Source: Candidatus Bathyarchaeota archaeon (lineage in GTDB: Archaea > Thermoproteota > Bathyarchaeia > Bathyarchaeales > Bathycorpusculaceae). From it: a stretch of DNA of 64,000 nt. Under the pieces are notes generated by a model. The model saw only the letters and a list, made by a program, of their open reading frames with translations. It had not been told where the DNA came from and did not search any database. The stretch is taken from positions 128,001 through 192,000 of the forward strand of contig CAVYRJ010000001.1 of the NCBI GenBank assembly GCA_963770935.1. The letters are read 5' to 3'. This document shows, piece by piece, positions 42,355 through 51,930 of the stretch (positions within the stretch are counted from its first letter, which is position 1; each line of letters starts with the position of its first letter). Both the position numbers and the translations under genes were made by a program.

Positions 42355-42622
42355 GCCTAAATTTTTCTTAATTTTTTTTGTTTTAGATAGCTATGCTTTT
42401 TTGTTGATGTTGCTAGTTGACTCTGTTCTTAGAGGTTACAACTGATACCCCTCTGATGACGCCTCAAAAGCCATGCAAAGCACATTCAAAAACCCAACTC
42501 AAATCAACGACTTTGAAGAGAAGTTGTTGCTGTTGTTGTTGCTGCAACCCATTCCCACCAGTCAGTTGCAACAATCAAACCTTACAAAATAGCCCTAAAA
42601 CAGAACAGAAAAAAACGCGGAC

Positions 42623-43099
42623 CTAAAGGCAAAGCCTTAGTTGTCTTGCTTGTGTTAGCGTGTTGTTGATTTGTTTCCAGTGGGCTCCCTTCCAATAGAT
42701 TTGTCTGCAGTTTGGGCATTTCCAGAATTTATCGTAGTAAGTGAAGGTGTTTTTCTCCAGTTCGCCTTGAAGCTTCTCTTTGGGGGTTGCTGTAAGTTTA
42801 GTGTTGCATATTGGGCAATGCGACTTATCCATATCAATCGTTAGTAGCAGGCTATATCGTTTGGCGACTTCTGCAAGATGCTCCGACTCCGACTTGCCTT
42901 CAACATAATAAGCATCTAGGCCTCTGATAATGGCGCGTTTATAGAGCTCAAAATCCTTAGTCAATAAAACCCGCTCTTCCTTTTTTGCTAACTCTAAAAG
43001 CTCAGAATCGTTAAATTTAACCGAATAAATGACATCTTGCCCTAACATACGCAACCAGCGTGCCAATTTTCCCATCATACCATCTGCAAGAAACTTCAC
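42623..43099 (-). CDS. Mut7-C RNase (PIN-like) domain protein
   Basis: FLADGMMGKLARWLRMLG, LLTKD, CPICN, CPNCRQIYWKGAH. Confidence 0.92.
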   Translation of the reverse strand: MKFLADGMMGKLARWLRMLGQDVIYSVKFNDSELLELAKKEERVLLTKDFELYKRAIIRGLDAYYVEGKSESEHLAEVAKRYSLLLTIDMDKSHCPICNTKLTATPKEKLQGELEKNTFTYYDKFWKCPNCRQIYWKGAHWKQINNTLTQARQLRLCL

Positions 43100-44442
43100 A
43101 CGCTGCTTCTCCGAATAATCAAGCCGCTTCCACCTTTCGCAACAATTTCGCCTTCATCAAAGATCAAGATCCCGTTCACAATGGTTTTTACCACTTTACC
43201 TTGAACATCCCAGCTATCATAGGGTGAAAACTTAGCTTTGGACTTAAATTTAGAAGCTTGAATTTTGAATTTGCTGTTAAAGTCCACAACTGTTATGTCA
43301 GCATTTTTGCCTTTTTCAAGTCGCCCGCGGTCATTTAAGCCGTAGATTTCTGCAGGTTTCTCAGCAAGCAACCAAATCGCTTGGGAAAAGGTTAACCTAT
43401 TCTTCTTTACAAGCGTCAACAAAAGGGGCAGAGAGGTCTCCAATCCTGGCACGCCCACTTTTACGTCCCAAACGTTGCTGGCTGACTTCTCACTTTGCGC
43501 ATGCGGCGCATGGTCTGAACCTATCGCATCAACCCAACCATCTTCTATGCCCTTCCATAGGGCGTCAACATGAGATTTGCTGCGAAGCGGAGGGGCCATA
43601 ATAACCATCGGTCCATAAGCTTTCAAGTCTTCACTTGACAACAAGAGGTGGTTTGGGGTCACTTCACACGTTACTTTTCTGCCAGATTTTTTAGCCTCAA
43701 CAATCGCGCTTAAACCTTCTTGTGTTGAAACATGGCAGAAATGCAATTGCACATCGGTTTGCACACTTAGTTTTAGGAGCCGATGGATAGCTTCTATCTC
43801 AACCGTTTCTGTGTGTGCCCTCAGAAAGTCGTCAACACCGCTTTTCTTGGCGTCTTTAAGTTTTTTCTCGTTAGCTGTGAGTATTGCCTTATCCTCGGCG
43901 TGCACAGCTATAGGCACACCTAACTTTGCAACCACTTTGAACCCATCCAGCAAAGCTTGGTCGTCGTCTACGTTCAATCCACCTATTTGGCAGCCCATAA
44001 AAAGCTTGAAACCTACCGCCCCTTGAGCAACAATGTCAGTTACTTCAGGAAGTTTTGTTGGGAATTCGGAGTAGAAACCGACGTTTACAAGGAGTTTTTT
44101 TTTGGCAACTTTCATGCGGTTTTGCAGGCTTTGGGCACTCATCGTAACTGGTTCGTTGTTTGGCATGTCTAAGACGGTGGTGAATCCTCCTGCAGCTGCG
44201 GCAGCGGTTCCCGAAGCGAAATCTTCCTTGTATGCTTTACCTTCATCCCGCAAATGAACGTGTTCATCAATCAAGCCAGGCAACACCAGCAGGTTGTGGA
44301 GGTCGGTTTTTTGATCGGCAATGGGCATTTGGGTTTCTTTGCCGATTTTGTGTATTTTACCTTCTTCGATGGCGATGCTGCAGTCGACGATTTGCCCGTT
44401 GAGATAGGCTTTGGCGTTTGTGAGTATAGAGTCAACAATCAA
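43096..44442 (-). CDS. pyrC: Dihydroorotase
   Basis: PGLIDEHVHLR, DMPN, HAED, PPLR, SDHAPH, PGLET. Confidence 0.9.
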   Translation of the reverse strand: MIVDSILTNAKAYLNGQIVDCSIAIEEGKIHKIGKETQMPIADQKTDLHNLLVLPGLIDEHVHLRDEGKAYKEDFASGTAAAAAGGFTTVLDMPNNEPVTMSAQSLQNRMKVAKKKLLVNVGFYSEFPTKLPEVTDIVAQGAVGFKLFMGCQIGGLNVDDDQALLDGFKVVAKLGVPIAVHAEDKAILTANEKKLKDAKKSGVDDFLRAHTETVEIEAIHRLLKLSVQTDVQLHFCHVSTQEGLSAIVEAKKSGRKVTCEVTPNHLLLSSEDLKAYGPMVIMAPPLRSKSHVDALWKGIEDGWVDAIGSDHAPHAQSEKSASNVWDVKVGVPGLETSLPLLLTLVKKNRLTFSQAIWLLAEKPAEIYGLNDRGRLEKGKNADITVVDFNSKFKIQASKFKSKAKFSPYDSWDVQGKVVKTIVNGILIFDEGEIVAKGGSGLIIRRSSV

Positions 44443-44540
44443 CTGTAGTCACGGTCTATTGAATAGCGCGTGATTTGGTTAATTAAAGTTTATTTTATGG
44501 TACAACAAAGTTATTGTGAGGATTTTAGGAGTGGTTCTTA

Positions 44541-46502
44541 TTGCCCAGAAATGTTTTAGTTAGCAATGGCAGATTCGCAGTAGCTCTCGATGATAAAGCT
44601 CGCATAAGAGATGTATATTTTCCCTATGTTGGGCTTGAAAACCATGCAGTTGGTCACCAGTTCAGGTTCGGAGTCTGGGTTAACAGCAAATTCGAGTGGC
44701 TAGAAGAAGACTGGGACATAGTGATGACTTATTTGCCTGAAACCCTCACGAGCCGCTACAAAATAAGAAAGCAATCGTACGGTATTGAGTTGGAAGTCAA
44801 TGATTCTATCCACAACTCCAAAGACGTTTTTCTACGCAAAATAAAAGTCTCAAACAACCTTAATCGCGATCAAGAAGTGCGCCTGTTCTTCACACAGGAT
44901 TTTCATATATACGGTTACGAGGCTGGAGACACCGCATTCTTTGAACCAAACACTAACGGAATCGTCCATTACAAGGGTAAACGCTACTTCCTGGTCGGCG
45001 GAGCCACAAGCGGCAAAGGCTTCTACCAGTACGCGGTTGGACACAAGGAGGGTGAAGGCAAAGAAGGCACTTGGCGGGATTGCGAGGATGGGCAATTAAG
45101 CAGCAACCCCGTTGCTCAAGGCTCAGTTGACTCAGCCGTCTCTTTCCAATTGGAGATTCCCCCTCATGGATACGGAATTGTTCACTATTGGATTACTTGC
45201 GGAACCCATCTTAACGAAGTCACAGCCTTAGATGCACAGGTCAAAGAAACAGGAGTTGAGCAAATGCTTTTGGAGGTAGAAAATTACTGGAGCGCCTGGC
45301 TAAACCGATTAAAACTGGACCTAAACACTCTGCCCCGAGAAGTCGCTCGTCTCTTTAAACGGTCACTACTCATAATGCGCACCCACGTTGACAATCACGG
45401 CGGCTTTTTGGCATCATTGGATTCTGACATAATGGAGATTCACAAAGATACCTACGCTTATGTTTGGCCAAGAGACGGTTCGATGGCGGCTTTAGCTTTT
45501 ACAAGCGCTGGCTTCACGGACGTGGCAGCCATGTTTTTTGGATTTTGCAACAAAGTAATTGGCGAAGACGGCTTTTTCCGCCACAAATACCTGCCAGATG
45601 GTTCAATTGGAAGCACTTGGCATGCGCTTATAGATTCGACGGGCCACTTGCAGTTGCCTATTCAGGAGGATGAAACCGCAAGCGTACTTTATGCACTTTG
45701 GAAGTATTATGAAAAGAACGGGAATTTAGAGTTCATCACCAAAGTTTACGACCGTCTTGTGGTGAAAGCGGCAGATTTCATGATGAACTACCGCGACCCA
45801 GACACTCTGCTGCCTAAACCGACGTTTGATGAATGGGAAGAAAAAGTCGGCGTATTCACCTCAACGGTGGCATCGGTCTGTGCTGCATTGGATGCAGCTG
45901 CCAAATTCGCCAAAGTGTTCTATGATAGCAACAGGCAAGAAATCCTCTCAGAAGCGTCTGCCCAAACTAAAGTAGCGATGATTAAGCACTTGTACAGCCC
46001 GCAGTTGAAACGGTTCATAAAGGGTATCTACCCAAACGGCGAAAAAGACACAACACTTGACAGTAGCGTTTCAACGATTTTTTCCTATGAAGTCCTTGAT
46101 GCCAAAGACATCAAAGTCAAGAACACAATGGAGGCTTTATCAAGCAATCTGCGAGTTAACATTGGCGTCGGCGGCTTGGCAAGGTACCAAAACGACCGTT
46201 ATCGAAGAGTGTCGCCCGAAATTCCCGGAAATCCCTGGTTTATTTCCACACTCAGGCTCGCAAGGTGGCATATTGCCACAGCCTCATCCGTAGAAGATTT
46301 AGCAAATGCAATGGATCTTCTGAAATGGGCAACAAAAAACGCATTGTCCACAGGAGCATTAGCCGAGCAACTTAACCCATATTCGGGCAAACCAATATCT
46401 GCGACGCCTCTGCTCTGGAGTCACGCCGAATTCGTCCTTGCAGTCACCGAGTACATAAGCAAACATGAAGAAATAACTGCATTAAATCGACCACAAGGTT
46501 AG
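44541..46502 (+). CDS. Glycoside hydrolase family 15 (glucoamylase-like)
   Basis: YAYVWPRD, QEDET, DEWEE, LAEQ, PLLWSHAEF. Confidence 0.93.
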   Translation: MPRNVLVSNGRFAVALDDKARIRDVYFPYVGLENHAVGHQFRFGVWVNSKFEWLEEDWDIVMTYLPETLTSRYKIRKQSYGIELEVNDSIHNSKDVFLRKIKVSNNLNRDQEVRLFFTQDFHIYGYEAGDTAFFEPNTNGIVHYKGKRYFLVGGATSGKGFYQYAVGHKEGEGKEGTWRDCEDGQLSSNPVAQGSVDSAVSFQLEIPPHGYGIVHYWITCGTHLNEVTALDAQVKETGVEQMLLEVENYWSAWLNRLKLDLNTLPREVARLFKRSLLIMRTHVDNHGGFLASLDSDIMEIHKDTYAYVWPRDGSMAALAFTSAGFTDVAAMFFGFCNKVIGEDGFFRHKYLPDGSIGSTWHALIDSTGHLQLPIQEDETASVLYALWKYYEKNGNLEFITKVYDRLVVKAADFMMNYRDPDTLLPKPTFDEWEEKVGVFTSTVASVCAALDAAAKFAKVFYDSNRQEILSEASAQTKVAMIKHLYSPQLKRFIKGIYPNGEKDTTLDSSVSTIFSYEVLDAKDIKVKNTMEALSSNLRVNIGVGGLARYQNDRYRRVSPEIPGNPWFISTLRLARWHIATASSVEDLANAMDLLKWATKNALSTGALAEQLNPYSGKPISATPLLWSHAEFVLAVTEYISKHEEITALNRPQG

Positions 46503-46515
46503 GGAGGGTGATTGT

Positions 46516-46818
46516 TTGTTTGTTAAATTATGCGACAAGAGCGTTCTTCCCCTTGGAGAATTGAAGGCTTTCAAAATTAAAGGGCACGAAGTCTTAGCTG
46601 CGAATGTTGACGGCAAAATCTTTTGTCTAGATGCAAGATGCACACATGCTGGAGCGCCGCTTGCTGAAGGCTCATTAAACGGTGAGGTGCTCACTTGCCC
46701 ATGGCACTACTCCCAATTCAACATAACAAACGGCACCGTGCTTGGTGGACCTGCGTATAAACCGCTTAGAAATTACCTTGTTGAGGAAAGAGAAGATTCT
46801 GTGTTTATCGATTTGTAA
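46516..46818 (+). CDS. Rieske [2Fe-2S] ferredoxin
   Basis: CTH and CPWH motifs. Confidence 0.93.
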   Translation: MFVKLCDKSVLPLGELKAFKIKGHEVLAANVDGKIFCLDARCTHAGAPLAEGSLNGEVLTCPWHYSQFNITNGTVLGGPAYKPLRNYLVEEREDSVFIDL

Positions 46819-46830
46819 AGCGAAAGAGGA

Positions 46831-47409
46831 TTATTTTTCTTGTTCGAGTTCTACGCGGCATTCATCGCAGATGTTCTGCCCGTTGCTTTCTTTTAGGCTT
46901 TCCGAGTAAATGTTGCAGCGGTCGCAGTATCCTGAAAGTGGAACCTCATCAGGTTCTTCTGTTATAGCAGCGCCCTCGATGCGTGAACGCTCCTGCATAA
47001 TTTCTATTAACTCTGGCATGACACCTAAGATATCTTTGCTTGAGATTATTCCAAGCAGGTTGCCCTTGTAAATTACCCCGAGCCGTCTAATATCAAGTCG
47101 CGTCATTCTTCTAGCCGCATCGCTTATCGTGGCTTCAGGCTCAATGGTAACAAGTGGAGTTGTCATAATTTCCTTAGCTTTGACAGTGTCTGGTTTGAGG
47201 TTCTTTGCCAAAACCCTGATGACAAGGTCGCGTTCGGTTATGATGCCGATTGATTTTCCAGCTTTGTTGGTGACGATTACGGCGCCTACATCATTCATAT
47301 CCATTTTGGCGGCAGCCTTGTTCGAAGCTTCATCCTCATCCATAGTTATGACGGGGTTACTCATTACGTCTCTTACTAACATCTTTGTTCTTAAACCAAT
47401 TTCAGACAT
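46831..47409 (-). CDS. CBS-pair protein with C-terminal Zn ribbon
   Basis: GIITERD and GIISSKD CBS motifs; CDRC and CDEC. Confidence 0.9.
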   Translation of the reverse strand: MSEIGLRTKMLVRDVMSNPVITMDEDEASNKAAAKMDMNDVGAVIVTNKAGKSIGIITERDLVIRVLAKNLKPDTVKAKEIMTTPLVTIEPEATISDAARRMTRLDIRRLGVIYKGNLLGIISSKDILGVMPELIEIMQERSRIEGAAITEEPDEVPLSGYCDRCNIYSESLKESNGQNICDECRVELEQEK

Positions 47410-47562
47410 GTTTTTTCACTTCCAACAATTTAGATAAGCTTAGCTTCTACTTCAACAATAAAGAGACGAATAATTTAAGAGTTGCTTAACCCCGAGACAG
47501 CACTTCTGTGAAGTTTTTATTAGACTCAACGCAATAGACCACAATGCCCCAAGGAACAATTT

Positions 47563-48010
47563 ATGCTTAAAACAAACGCTGAAAAACTAATAAAAATCTC
47601 AGTTATGGGCGAAATTGCCAGCCCAACCATCCGCTCGGTATACAATGTTTCAGCCACAGGAAAACCACTAGTATTGCGGGAGTTGGTGGCATAACTCATA
47701 ACCTGCGTGTGGGTGACCCAGCGTGCGGTTGGGAAGCAGACCATGTAGAACCCTGTGTGAGTGTGGAAAATAAGGAAAACGATGGGCGCTCAGGACAAGC
47801 TGCAAACACTGCTTTCAACGTACTATCATGCATTGGAAACCAGCGTCAAGGCGCTGTATCAGTGGCGTGGTTGTTCACACAAACTGCGTAACTGCTGGTC
47901 ATGGACCCGGTGTCACAACTTTAATGACTTCGTCCGAAGGAAAAATTTTTCCCAAAATAAGTGAGACAGCAAACATTGCTTCCCTTCTTAGATTACGGTC
48001 AGATATATAA
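47563..48010 (+). pseudogene. Internally deleted DUF4438-like gene
   Basis: MLKTNAEKLIKISVMGEI, GVGGITHN.RVGD..CGWEADHVEP, then a jump to the C-terminal GVVVH..C..AGHGPGVTTLMT; frameshifts present. Confidence 0.65.
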
Positions 48011-48059
48011 GATAGTTAAGTCAATAAATGGAACAATAGAAGAGAAAGAGGACAAAATA

Positions 48060-48353
48060 ATGCCCGTTAAACGAAAAAGCCGAGGAAGATCAAAAGGAAA
48101 CAAAGGAAGCAGTACTCTTGTTCAATGCGCAAATTGCGGGGCTTCGGTGCCACGTGACAAAGCAAAACGCTCCACCCGTCGAGTATCCTTTGTTGAGCCG
48201 CAACTTGCTAAAGAGCTTAGGCAAAGCGGCACGTACTTAGCCTCGTGGGTTGACACAAAATTCTACTGTATCTCTTGCGCAGTTCACCGCGGCATCGTTA
48301 AAGTCCGCGCTGAAAATGAACGTCATTCAAAAGCCTATAGACGAAGATACTAA
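48060..48353 (+). CDS. rps26e: 30S ribosomal protein S26e
   Basis: MPVKRKSRGRSKG..VQCANCG..VPRDKA..YCISCAVHRGIVKVR. Confidence 0.95.
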   Translation: MPVKRKSRGRSKGNKGSSTLVQCANCGASVPRDKAKRSTRRVSFVEPQLAKELRQSGTYLASWVDTKFYCISCAVHRGIVKVRAENERHSKAYRRRY

Positions 48354-48357
48354 TCAG

Positions 48358-49002
48358 CTATACTGCTGCTTTTTTCTTTAATGTTTTGTAAACGTGTAGT
48401 GTTCTTTGTAAAACTGTCAGGTTTGAGAGCACCGCCAGCAAGGCTATACCGTAACTTAAAGCAGGCAACCAGAAGAACCCAACTATAGACACGGCAGCTA
48501 AAATGAGCATACGCTCTGCACGTTCAGCAAGTCCTACTGACTCCATTTTTATCCCTGCTGCTTCTGCTCTTGCACGGGTATAACTTACCATCATGGAACC
48601 TGTTAGAGCCGCCAAGCCCCAAGCTGAACCCCAAATGGGTCCCCAGACTGGGTTGACTAATCCAGCAACGATTATAGCGGCGTAGACCGCAGCGTCAGCG
48701 TATCGGTCAAGGACTGAATCAAAGAAACCGCCAAAAACGGTTTCTTGCTGAAATGTTCGAGCCACTATTCCGTCGAGGGTGTCGCAGAATCCTGAAGCTA
48801 AAAGGAAAACAACAGCCAAAACAAGTAGCCAAAGGGTCTGGGGTGTGATTATGACGTAAGAGACTGCCGAGGCTAATACAAGTATGAAGCCGATTAGGCT
48901 GATTTGGTTAGGGGTTAAACCTATTTTATGTGCTGCGTTTGCTTGTGAAGTGAGCATTTGCTGGATTTGTTTTTTCAGTTTGGTTAGCAAGTTAACTCTC
49001 AA
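48358..49002 (-). CDS. CDP-alcohol phosphatidyltransferase (archaetidylinositol phosphate synthase-like)
   Basis: TPNQIS, DTLDGIVAR..GGFFDSVLDRYAD, SYTRARAE, ERAER. Confidence 0.9.
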   Translation of the reverse strand: MRVNLLTKLKKQIQQMLTSQANAAHKIGLTPNQISLIGFILVLASAVSYVIITPQTLWLLVLAVVFLLASGFCDTLDGIVARTFQQETVFGGFFDSVLDRYADAAVYAAIIVAGLVNPVWGPIWGSAWGLAALTGSMMVSYTRARAEAAGIKMESVGLAERAERMLILAAVSIVGFFWLPALSYGIALLAVLSNLTVLQRTLHVYKTLKKKAAV

Positions 49003-49098
49003 CTAGGCAAGTGTTATTCCACATTACTGGGCAGCTGTAGAAAAGCCTTTCTTAAGTAAATTGTTGAACAATTTTTATGAAAAGGTGTTTTTCAATGG

Positions 49099-49169
49099 AC
49101 TTATAAGGAGTAATCAATAGTTTGGAAGTGACGTTCTGACGCGCAACAGTGCGCATAACAGAACGTTAC
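49099..49169 (+). promoter_or_regulatory. TATA box plus 42-nt stem-loop in alba leader
   Basis: cttataag at 49100-49107; GTGACGTTCTG..GCGCA-ACAG-TGCGC..CAGAACGTTAC at 49128-49169. Confidence 0.55.
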
Positions 49170-49200
49170 ACAAAGCAACATCAAAAGGAGTAAAAAAGAA

Positions 49201-49329
49201 ATGAGCCAAAATGCGCATGTTATCTTCGTCGGAAACAAACCTCCAATGAGCTATGTTCTGGCAATCATCACAAGCGTCTCAGCTGGGAACCTGAATGAAT
49301 TAGCATTGAAAAAACTGCAATTTTGTTAG
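49201..49329 (+). pseudogene. albA: Truncated Alba chromatin/RNA-binding protein; absent from the ORF track
   Basis: GGAG RBS; MSQNAHVIFVGNKPPMSYVLAIITSVSAGNLNELALK then unrelated KLQFC*, stopping just before the conserved KARG. Confidence 0.85.
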
Positions 49330-49393
49330 AGCGTCTTACATCACAAGGTTAAATAACTGATTTTGTTAGTAGAGATTTATTCCGTGTGAGAAC

Positions 49394-50683
49394 ATGTTAG
49401 ATATCAAGCTTATCCGTGAGAATCCTGAATTTGTGAAGGCTAATCTGGCTAAGCGTGGCAACCCCGAAGTTCTACAGATGCTTGAAGAACTATTGACCCT
49501 TGACAGAGGTTGGCGGCTAAATCTCACCAAACTTAACGAGTTGCGCCACGACCGAAAACTAGTCACTATAGAAATTGCTAAACTCAAAAAAGCAGGTAAA
49601 GAGGCCACAGACGAATTCATAAGGGCTCAGGACATTGATCAGAAAATAAAGCTAATTGAGAAAAATGTAACTGAACAAGAACAGAAAATACGCGATTACC
49701 TTTTGCGATTGCCAAACCTGCTGGAAGATTCGGTTCCGCAAGGAGAAGACTCAAACGATAACGTGCAGGTGAAAACTTGGGGAACAATCCCGCAGTTTTC
49801 TTTTCCGATAAAAAATCACATTGACCTTGCTCTCAACCTTGATTTAATCGACATGGAAAGAGCAGGAAAGGTTTCAGGTTCAAGGTTCTTTTATCTTAAA
49901 AATGAAATTGCTTTGTTAGACATGGCGCTGATGAGTTTTGCAATCGAAGAGCTCTCTAAAAAAGGCTACACAGCAGTTGTTCCGCCATTGTTGATGAAGC
50001 GTGAAGCCTACGAAGGAGTAACAGCCCTTGGCGACTTTGAAGAAGTCCTCTACAAAGTCGAAAACGAGGACCTTTACTTAATTGCCACTTCCGAGCACCC
50101 CATGGCAGCAATGCTCATGAACGAAACCCTAAAAGAACAAGATATGCCCATAAAACTTGCAGGCATGAGCACTTGTTTCCGCAAAGAAGCCGGGGCACAC
50201 GGAAAGGACACACGCGGCATCTTCCGCACCCACCAATTCAACAAGATAGAACAATTTATTTTCTGCAAACCTGAAGATTCAGCAAAACTTCATGAAGAAC
50301 TCCTGCAGAACGCCGAGGATATATTACAAAAAATCGGTTTAGCCTACAGAGTTGTAAACGTTTGCACAGGTGACATAGGCACGGTAGCAGCTAAAAAATA
50401 TGATATTGAGGCTTGGATGCCAGCGCAGAACGGTTACCGTGAAGTGGTTTCTTGCAGCAACTGCACCGATTATCAAGGCAGACGTTTAGGAATTAAGTAC
50501 CGTGAAAAAGAAGGCGCACCACCAAAAGGCATAGTGCACACATTGAACTCGACAGCCATCGCTACAGGCAGAACCATCGTCGCAATACTTGAAAACAATC
50601 AGCAATCAGATGGAACGATAATCATACCAGAAGCATTAAGAAAATATATGGGTGACAGAGAAAAAATAGACAGAAAACGCTAA
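49394..50683 (+). CDS. serS: Serine-tRNA ligase (bacterial-type)
   Basis: MLDIKLIRENP, LIATSE, CFRKEAG, GIFRTHQF, EVVSCSNCTDYQ, HTLN. Confidence 0.97.
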   Translation: MLDIKLIRENPEFVKANLAKRGNPEVLQMLEELLTLDRGWRLNLTKLNELRHDRKLVTIEIAKLKKAGKEATDEFIRAQDIDQKIKLIEKNVTEQEQKIRDYLLRLPNLLEDSVPQGEDSNDNVQVKTWGTIPQFSFPIKNHIDLALNLDLIDMERAGKVSGSRFFYLKNEIALLDMALMSFAIEELSKKGYTAVVPPLLMKREAYEGVTALGDFEEVLYKVENEDLYLIATSEHPMAAMLMNETLKEQDMPIKLAGMSTCFRKEAGAHGKDTRGIFRTHQFNKIEQFIFCKPEDSAKLHEELLQNAEDILQKIGLAYRVVNVCTGDIGTVAAKKYDIEAWMPAQNGYREVVSCSNCTDYQGRRLGIKYREKEGAPPKGIVHTLNSTAIATGRTIVAILENNQQSDGTIIIPEALRKYMGDREKIDRKR

Positions 50684-50733
50684 ACCTTTTAATATTCCCT
50701 TGAGAATGTTTGCGCACGTTTGGAGAAATAAAT

Positions 50734-51360
50734 TTGTCTTCCAAAACAAAACACGTACGCGATAAGTGGCGAGGCAAATCCTGGTATATGGTAGTTGCGC
50801 CACCGTTCTTTGGTAACATAGAGTTAGGTTCGATACCTGCACAAGAAGAAAAACAAATGATCGGCAGAGTTGTCGAAGCAACCTTATATGACATTACAGG
50901 TGACTTTTCTCATCATTACCTCAAAATGTTCTTCCAGATAAACCAGATTGACGGAAAATCTGCCAAAACTCTCTTCAAGGGACATGAATACTCAAGAGAT
51001 TACCTTCGCAGCTTGGTCAGGAGAAGAACCACTAAAGTTGACGGATTATTCAACTTAACCACAAAAGACGGCTACAAGCTCCGAATCTCAGTCTCTGCTC
51101 TGACGCTTTCAAGAATAAAGACTTCACAGGAAAAAATCATCCGCGTCATGATGACAAAGACAATCAAGGAAAAAGCCGCTGCTTTAACACTTGATCAGTT
51201 TGTTCAAGAAATGGTCCTTGGAAAAATCGCTTCAGACATCTACAACCAAGCCAAACTCGTTGCGCCACTAAGACACGTTGGCATAAGAAAATCCAAGCTT
51301 ATTTCGGCACCAGCCAATCTGCCGGAAGCACCAGTAGAAGAAGCGCTAGCCACGGCATAA
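50734..51360 (+). CDS. rps3ae: 30S ribosomal protein S3Ae (eS1)
   Basis: RDKWRGKSWY..APPFF, RDYLRSLVRR, PLRHVGIRKSK; TTG start after GGAG. Confidence 0.95.
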   Translation: MSSKTKHVRDKWRGKSWYMVVAPPFFGNIELGSIPAQEEKQMIGRVVEATLYDITGDFSHHYLKMFFQINQIDGKSAKTLFKGHEYSRDYLRSLVRRRTTKVDGLFNLTTKDGYKLRISVSALTLSRIKTSQEKIIRVMMTKTIKEKAAALTLDQFVQEMVLGKIASDIYNQAKLVAPLRHVGIRKSKLISAPANLPEAPVEEALATA

Positions 51361-51447
51361 ACACAATTTCTTTATATTTTTGTTTCATTTTACCGTAAAC
51401 AGTTTTAGATACGACTCTCAGTATTTTTTTATCAGGAGAATGTAATT

Positions 51448-51915
51448 TTGACCAATTCGGGGGTACATGAAAAAGGAACCTTCAACGCACAGGATGCCAT
51501 AGATAACATTAAGAAAGATCCAAACTATTCAAAAGCAGGTGCTATCGGGCTTTTCATTGGTGTGGTACGCGGGGAAACGCTGGAGTTGGAAAAAGAAACC
51601 GTTGAAGGGCTCACAATTGAAGCTTATGAGGAAAAAGCTGACCAAGTACTCACAAAAATTAGCGAGGAATTGTCCCAGAAGTCTGGAATAGTTAATGTTC
51701 AAATCCACCATCTCCTTGGTGAATTCAAAGTCGGCGACGACTTGGTCTACGTTGCAGTCGCAGGAGCACACCGAACAGACATTTTTCCCGTTTTGCGGGA
51801 AGCTGTTGAAAGGTACAAAAGTGAAGTGCCCGTTTTTAAAAAAGAACAAATAATCACAAAAAAAGGCAAAATATCCGAATACTGGGTTTCAGAAAAAAAG
51901 AGCCATAATCCCTAG
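51448..51915 (+). CDS. moaE: Molybdopterin synthase catalytic subunit
   Basis: GAIGLFIGVVR, EAY, HH.LG...VGD, GAHR, K..VPVFKKE, WV. Confidence 0.92.
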   Translation: MTNSGVHEKGTFNAQDAIDNIKKDPNYSKAGAIGLFIGVVRGETLELEKETVEGLTIEAYEEKADQVLTKISEELSQKSGIVNVQIHHLLGEFKVGDDLVYVAVAGAHRTDIFPVLREAVERYKSEVPVFKKEQIITKKGKISEYWVSEKKSHNP

Positions 51916-51930
51916 ATTGGATGTGAAAAA

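Noticed and set aside
42417-42626. ORF with a poly-Cys run (CCCCCC)
   Set aside because: Translation of the TGT/TGC low-complexity tract in an intergenic repeat; no RBS or protein-like features.
47961-48059. N-terminal extension of eS26
   Set aside because: It overlaps the upstream pseudogene end and a TATA-like tatataa; the conserved start is MPVKRK at 48060.
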